Shown piece by piece: positions 18,479 through 22,410 of a stretch of DNA of 22,410 bases. The notes under the pieces were generated by a model that did no database searches, was not told the origin of the DNA, and saw nothing but the letters and a program-made list of their open reading frames with translations. Position 1 is the first letter of the stretch; every line of letters begins with the position of its first letter. Source of the stretch: Promethearchaeota archaeon (GTDB lineage Archaea; Asgardarchaeota; Lokiarchaeia; Sigyniarchaeales; SOKP01). The position numbers and the translations under genes are program-made. The stretch spans positions 1 through 22,410 of the forward strand of contig JBHLLU010000062.1 in assembly GCA_048938895.1 (NCBI GenBank), given 5' to 3'.

Positions 18479-19027
18479 TTAAGTGATTGTAGATTTTTCA
18501 AAGACTGCATAAATTGATGTTTTATACATGGAATAAGCAAAATTAGGGGGAATTACCTCTTTTATCTTTTCGATTAATCCTTCAATGATAATTTCATTCA
18601 GTTCTTGAGTAAATTCTAAATCAGGATCAAATTTATGTAGAAAAATAGAAAAATCTATACCATTGAGATTCTTAATTCCAGTAACCATTTTATTTAGGTA
18701 ATCAATAGCAATGTTATACCTTTTTACATCTTGGACGTCAAAAACATAAATGATTTTTTTTGTTCCTTTTAAGATTGTCTGGAGATTATCAAAATACTCA
18801 TCATGATAGGATTTTTGCCCTCCTAAGTCCCATATAGCATATTTTGAATCCAAGGCTTCAAATCGCTCAATTTTTATTCTTCTAGTTGGAGATAAGGAAT
18901 TAAATGCCGAAATTCCCTTTATCCCTTTCAGACATTTTAGAATTGAAGTTTTACCTCCATTGTCTAACCCAATTAATAGAATTTTTATTGAATCTTCTGA
19001 TAAATCATCTTCATTTAGATTACTCAT
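18479..19027 (-). CDS. small Ras-superfamily GTPase, Rag/Gtr1- and Arf-like
   Basis: G1 GLDNGGKTS, G2 PT, G3 WDLGGQ, IIYVFD, G4 HKFD and G5 TSI. ATG 19027 is preferred over TTG 19048. Confidence 0.92.
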   Translation of the reverse strand: MSNLNEDDLSEDSIKILLIGLDNGGKTSILKCLKGIKGISAFNSLSPTRRIKIERFEALDSKYAIWDLGGQKSYHDEYFDNLQTILKGTKKIIYVFDVQDVKRYNIAIDYLNKMVTGIKNLNGIDFSIFLHKFDPDLEFTQELNEIIIEGLIEKIKEVIPPNFAYSMYKTSIYAVFEKSTIT

Positions 19028-19069
19028 AAGTATCAAAAACTTAGGCAATGGAAATTGTAATTTTTGATT

Positions 19070-19417
19070 TTAAGATAATGTATCAATTATATCGGCATCC
19101 CTTATATCCTTTAATTTTTCCTTATTAATGTTGGTTGTAATTAAGGTTATTTGATTTAAAAGTTCATTGATTTTAACATTTAGATTTTGCTTATAGTACT
19201 TTATATTGTTCTTTTTCTTAAAGCTTATAAGGGCACTATCAACAAGCATGTTTAAATGCTTGGAGGTTGTTGATTGTGATCTATCTAATTTTTTTTTGAT
19301 CTCCGAGGCGGACATTTCATTATCTTTTAAAAATTCCAAAATTTCAAGTCTAGTGGTGTCCGCTAAAACTTTTAAGAACTCAACTATAGATTTTCTAAAT
19401 TTATCCTCAATACTCAT
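19070..19417 (-). CDS. ArsR/SmtB-family transcription regulator
   Basis: FLKVLADTTRLEIL...SQSTTSKHLNML...YY. Confidence 0.9.
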   Translation of the reverse strand: MSIEDKFRKSIVEFLKVLADTTRLEILEFLKDNEMSASEIKKKLDRSQSTTSKHLNMLVDSALISFKKKNNIKYYKQNLNVKINELLNQITLITTNINKEKLKDIRDADIIDTLS

Positions 19418-19520
19418 TGATACCCAAAATCTTATTTTGTAAGAATGTGTTTTTACAGCTTTTTAAAGCTTCTTTTAATGGATTATTAATGTTCTATTAT
19501 TAATACGAAAAACACAAAGA

Positions 19521-19528
19521 TTTATATA
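19521..19528 (+). promoter_or_regulatory. TATA box (TTTATATA) with purine-rich BRE-like upstream sequence for the Lrp gene
   Basis: aacacaaagaTTTATATAtt in the ArsR/Lrp divergent spacer. Confidence 0.55.
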
Positions 19529-19542
19529 TTATGCTATCGTAG

Positions 19543-19576
19543 TATTCATATATCGTGGTATCGCGATATACGAATA
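19543..19576. promoter_or_regulatory. 34-bp imperfect palindrome, candidate operator
   Basis: TATTCATATATCGTG-gtat-CGCGATATACGAATA; the arms match at 13 of 15 positions. Confidence 0.65.
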
Positions 19577-19613
19577 TTTATACCCTTTATGTCTATAAAA
19601 AGAGGATTAGAAA

Positions 19614-20126
19614 ATGATAAGTGAAAAGATAGGAATTGACCAGATCGATTGTCGAATAATGGATTTAATTCAGAAAGCGCCAAATCTTACACATACTGAA
19701 ATTGCGACTCATGTGAATCGAAGTCAGCCTACAGTGGGCATGCGAATCAAAAAACTTGAGAATCTTGGAGTTTTAAAATATCAAGCAGGTATAAATATAA
19801 AAGCTGCAGATCTTTGTTTTGCCCGAGCAGAAATTCAAACTAAGAACCCAAGACAAGCAATTGAAATTGTAAAGAACTGTCCTTTTATGTTAAATGCATT
19901 TCGATTGAGTGGTGACTCAAATGTTAGTATTTTATTAGTAGGCTTAAGTTTCAAAGATATTGATCATATTGTAAACTATCATTTCCGGAACGACCCAAAT
20001 GTGTTAAACGTCCATATTGATATAATCGCAGATGTAGCAAATGATTTAGTATTGCCAATAGATTTGAATCTTGAATATGGACAGTTTGATATTAAGAATT
20101 GTGGTTGTAATAGCTGTAATTGTTAA
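19614..20126 (+). CDS. Lrp/AsnC-family regulator with Cys-rich tail
   Basis: IDQIDCRIMDLIQ...EIA...SQPTVGMRIKKLENLGVL HTH, a RAM-like domain with LSG, and tail CGCNSCNC. Confidence 0.9.
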   Translation: MISEKIGIDQIDCRIMDLIQKAPNLTHTEIATHVNRSQPTVGMRIKKLENLGVLKYQAGINIKAADLCFARAEIQTKNPRQAIEIVKNCPFMLNAFRLSGDSNVSILLVGLSFKDIDHIVNYHFRNDPNVLNVHIDIIADVANDLVLPIDLNLEYGQFDIKNCGCNSCNC

Positions 20127-20156
20127 TTCAATAACAATTTTTTATTTAAATTTGTT

Positions 20157-20396
20157 TTAATCTATAGTAATCGCTTTTAATTTACATGCTGTAGTACACA
20201 TATGACATTTTACACAGCGATCTTCATTATTTTCAACCACTATACATTTAGGAGTAGATTCTTTATTGATCACTTTATAAATCCCTCTGAAGCAGGCTTC
20301 TTCACATGAAAATTCTTTACACTGACTGCACTTACTCACATCAATATGATGAAATTCATAACTTTCAATGCTACTTTGATTTTCTGCTTCACTCAT
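20157..20396 (-). CDS. 2[4Fe-4S] ferredoxin
   Basis: CSQCKEFSCEEAC and CVKCHMCTTAC...AITI. Confidence 0.88.
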   Translation of the reverse strand: MSEAENQSSIESYEFHHIDVSKCSQCKEFSCEEACFRGIYKVINKESTPKCIVVENNEDRCVKCHMCTTACKLKAITID

Positions 20397-20508
20397 TATA
20401 ATTGTTCAAATATGAGTATCCTTATATCTATTTAGATTATAGTCTATAACAATATATTTTAATTTTTCTTGATAAATTCCTCATTATAAAGGAAATTAAA
20501 AAAGTTAT

Positions 20509-21177
20509 ATGAATTCTGAAAAATTTCTCATTTTTAATTTACCTGACTTGTTGGAGGGTAGGTTTTTATCGAGACCTAATCGATTTGTAGGTGAAATTGA
20601 ATATAATGAGCAAATTGAAACCGCACATATCCATGATCCTGGTAGATTAAAGGAATTGCTTGTAAAAGGTGCCAAGGTATTATTTACATATTCAAATGGG
20701 AAATTAAAATATTATATCAAGGCTGTTCTTATAAATAGTGAATGGGTTCTTATTGACACTGCTCTCCATTCGAAAATTGCCATGAAAATATTTGAATTTT
20801 TACCAGAATTTTCTAATATTAAGGAAATTAGAAAAGAAGTAAAAATTGGGAAGAGTAGAATTGATTTTGTTCTAGACGATATTCCGTTGGAAGTAAAAGG
20901 TGTTTCATTAATTAGAGATAATATTGCACTTTTTCCTGACGCACCTACCGAACGTGGTGCAAGACACGTAAGAGAAATTATTGAACATAATGGAATTTTA
21001 CTTTTTTTGGTTTTTCGAAGAGCTAGAGTCTTTGCTCCTAATAAAGAAATGGATTTTAAATTTTCTAATAACTTAAGTGAAGCAAGGAGGAAAGGGATTA
21101 GAATTATTCCCGTTCAAATTAGCTTTGATGGAAAAGCAATCTATTATGAAGGAATAATTCCATTATCGGATTTCTAA
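20509..21177 (+). CDS. sfsA: SfsA family nuclease (sugar fermentation stimulation protein)
   Basis: RPNRF, HIHDPGRLKEL, SRIDF, EVKGV and FPDAPTERGARH. Confidence 0.93.
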   Translation: MNSEKFLIFNLPDLLEGRFLSRPNRFVGEIEYNEQIETAHIHDPGRLKELLVKGAKVLFTYSNGKLKYYIKAVLINSEWVLIDTALHSKIAMKIFEFLPEFSNIKEIRKEVKIGKSRIDFVLDDIPLEVKGVSLIRDNIALFPDAPTERGARHVREIIEHNGILLFLVFRRARVFAPNKEMDFKFSNNLSEARRKGIRIIPVQISFDGKAIYYEGIIPLSDF

Positions 21178-21196
21178 GTATCTAAATAATTTATAT

Positions 21197-21703
21197 TTAG
21201 TATTTGATACTTTCATTACACACAGGGCAAATCTGTTGATGTTCAGAATTCAGGTTTAATTGTAAAATTAAATCATCAGCAACATCAAAGATAACCTCCA
21301 TAATGAGATTAGTGATATCAGGATTATTTCTGAAATGATAATTAACTACATTATCTATATCTTTATAATTTACTCCTGTAACAATAACGCTAAGATTCAT
21401 AATTCCACTTAATCGAAATGCATTTAACATAAAGGGGCAATTCTTAACAATTTCAAATGCGTTTATTGGATTATTTGTTTGAATATCTACTCTCATAAAA
21501 CAGAGATTGTCGTTTTTAAGTGTTATTCCTGCCTGAAATTTCAGAACTCCTAATTTTTGAAGCTTATTTATTCTCAATCCTACCGTTGGTTGGCTACGAT
21601 CAATAATTTCAGCTATTTGGGTATGTGTGAGATTCGGTTCTTTTTGGACTAAATCCATTATTTTACAATCAATATCATCTATACCCATTCTTTCACTTAA
21701 CAC
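21197..21703 (-). CDS. Lrp/AsnC-family regulator, paralog of 19614..20126
   Basis: Shares RSQPTVG, EIVKNCPFMLNAFRLSG and VNYHFRN with the first copy; tail CPVC. Confidence 0.9.
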   Translation of the reverse strand: MLSERMGIDDIDCKIMDLVQKEPNLTHTQIAEIIDRSQPTVGLRINKLQKLGVLKFQAGITLKNDNLCFMRVDIQTNNPINAFEIVKNCPFMLNAFRLSGIMNLSVIVTGVNYKDIDNVVNYHFRNNPDITNLIMEVIFDVADDLILQLNLNSEHQQICPVCNESIKY

Positions 21704-22051
21704 AATTTTTCACTCATTTTTCCAACTAGATCCATATTAAAACTATTATTCTATAGAAAGTAAATTAAAAATTAATAAAAATAAGATAGCAAATTTTACC
21801 CCCTTTTTATACTACTAAGATTTATTAGGGACAATTTTAAATTTCAAAATTTCTGAATTTTAATTCTGAGACCTAAACTAAGAATTTTATCTCTCTAGCC
21901 TCCTAAATTTTACTGTATTCCTTTGAGTTTTGTAACTTCATAATATGTTCGAACTCCCTGGGAAGTTTGTAGAGTTAAACTATATATGAAATAGATTCTA
22001 ATTTAAAATTAACAAACAAAAAAAAATTAAAAAGAATTGGAGGAAAAAGCT

Positions 22052-22225
22052 ATGTCGGATATGGAATATTATGATTTTTTGTATACCATCCAAGAAATTT
22101 CTCAAAAATCACATTCAATCCAGAAAAAGGTTATGTCTCGCGTGTTCGAGAATTATGATGTTTGTCGAGTTATCAATAAATTGAATCGGCAAATTGAACA
22201 GCTTGATGGATTACTATCTAACTAA
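22052..22225 (+). CDS. small helical hypothetical protein (57 aa)
   Basis: GGAGG 8 nt upstream of ATG 22052, a TATA-like CTATATAT near 21980, and a heptad-like INKLNRQIEQLDGLL. Confidence 0.65.
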   Translation: MSDMEYYDFLYTIQEISQKSHSIQKKVMSRVFENYDVCRVINKLNRQIEQLDGLLSN

Positions 22226-22270
22226 AAATCATATCTAATAAAAAATTACAAAAACGAGGTGAAAAGAAGA

Positions 22271-22321
22271 ATGTTTGCATTACTATACTACATTATACTT
22301 GTTATCGCTGCAGTATTCTAA
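22271..22321 (+). CDS. putative 16-aa hydrophobic micropeptide MFALLYYIILVIAAVF
   Basis: GAGGTGA Shine-Dalgarno at 22256-22262, 8 nt before the ATG; tandem TAA TAA stops; T-rich terminator-like tract downstream. Confidence 0.45.
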   Translation: MFALLYYIILVIAAVF

Positions 22322-22410
22322 TAATATTAAGGAAACCATTCTAGTATTAATATTTTTTAAAAGTTTATTTATTATTTTTTTCTTTTTTTTTATTTAATAT
22401 TTTGAATTGT

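Noticed and set aside
464-19442. Short overlapping or antisense ORFs in the track (464-697, 2097-2294, 4955-5152, 6243-6485, 7032-7226, 7860-8057, 8133-8360, 8529-8747, 10692-10907, 10914-11099, 12322-12516, 13413-13628, 13753-13935, 16047-16265, 19206-19442)
   Set aside because: They are shadows of well-supported genes and have no recognisable motifs.
20437-20449. Palindrome TTATAGTCTATAA, with similar words at 7701-7713 and 7769-7777
   Set aside because: Short, AT-rich and overlapping probable TATA elements; insufficient to call a shared operator.
19614-21703. Composite mobile element bounded by the inverted Lrp copies, with SfsA as nuclease
   Set aside because: The copies are well diverged, there are no terminal repeats, target duplication or transposase, and SfsA is a common housekeeping gene.
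21903-21941. Minus-strand mini-ORF MKLQNSKEYSKI ending in TAG (possible uORF or pyrrolysine readthrough)
   Set aside because: Only 12 codons; readthrough meets another TAG after 9 more codons, and there is no supporting feature.

Overview
AT-rich (about 30% GC by eye), gene-dense archaeal DNA. It is most consistent with an Asgard archaeon (Lokiarchaeia-like), based on a Rag/Arf-like small GTPase, a uDENN/longin-like domain, archaeal PDO, HTH_10 and Lrp proteins, TATA-type promoters and oligo-T terminators. The left two thirds is a thiol/Fe-S redox neighbourhood: partial FAD oxidoreductase, 4Fe-4S protein, iron-sulfur flavoprotein, two glutaredoxins, ferredoxin:thioredoxin reductase catalytic subunit, CCG-domain protein, and three tandem protein-disulfide oxidoreductases plus thioredoxin reductase. 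It is interspersed with an orphan GAF-PAS kinase, a MOT1 transporter and regulators. The most striking feature is a minus-strand cluster at 14581-19417: ArsR, Rag/Arf-like GTPase, MASE3-PAS histidine kinase, and a response regulator. The regulator's output domain looks like a uDENN/longin domain with an arginine at the position of the FLCN/SMCR8/NPRL2 GAP arginine finger, making the cluster a candidate two-component-controlled GAP/small-GTPase switch. The right end has two paralogous Cys-tailed Lrp regulators flanking a ferredoxin and sfsA, and two small ORFs. No rRNA, tRNA, CRISPR array or mobile element was seen. All family assignments are from motif recognition by eye, not from database searches.
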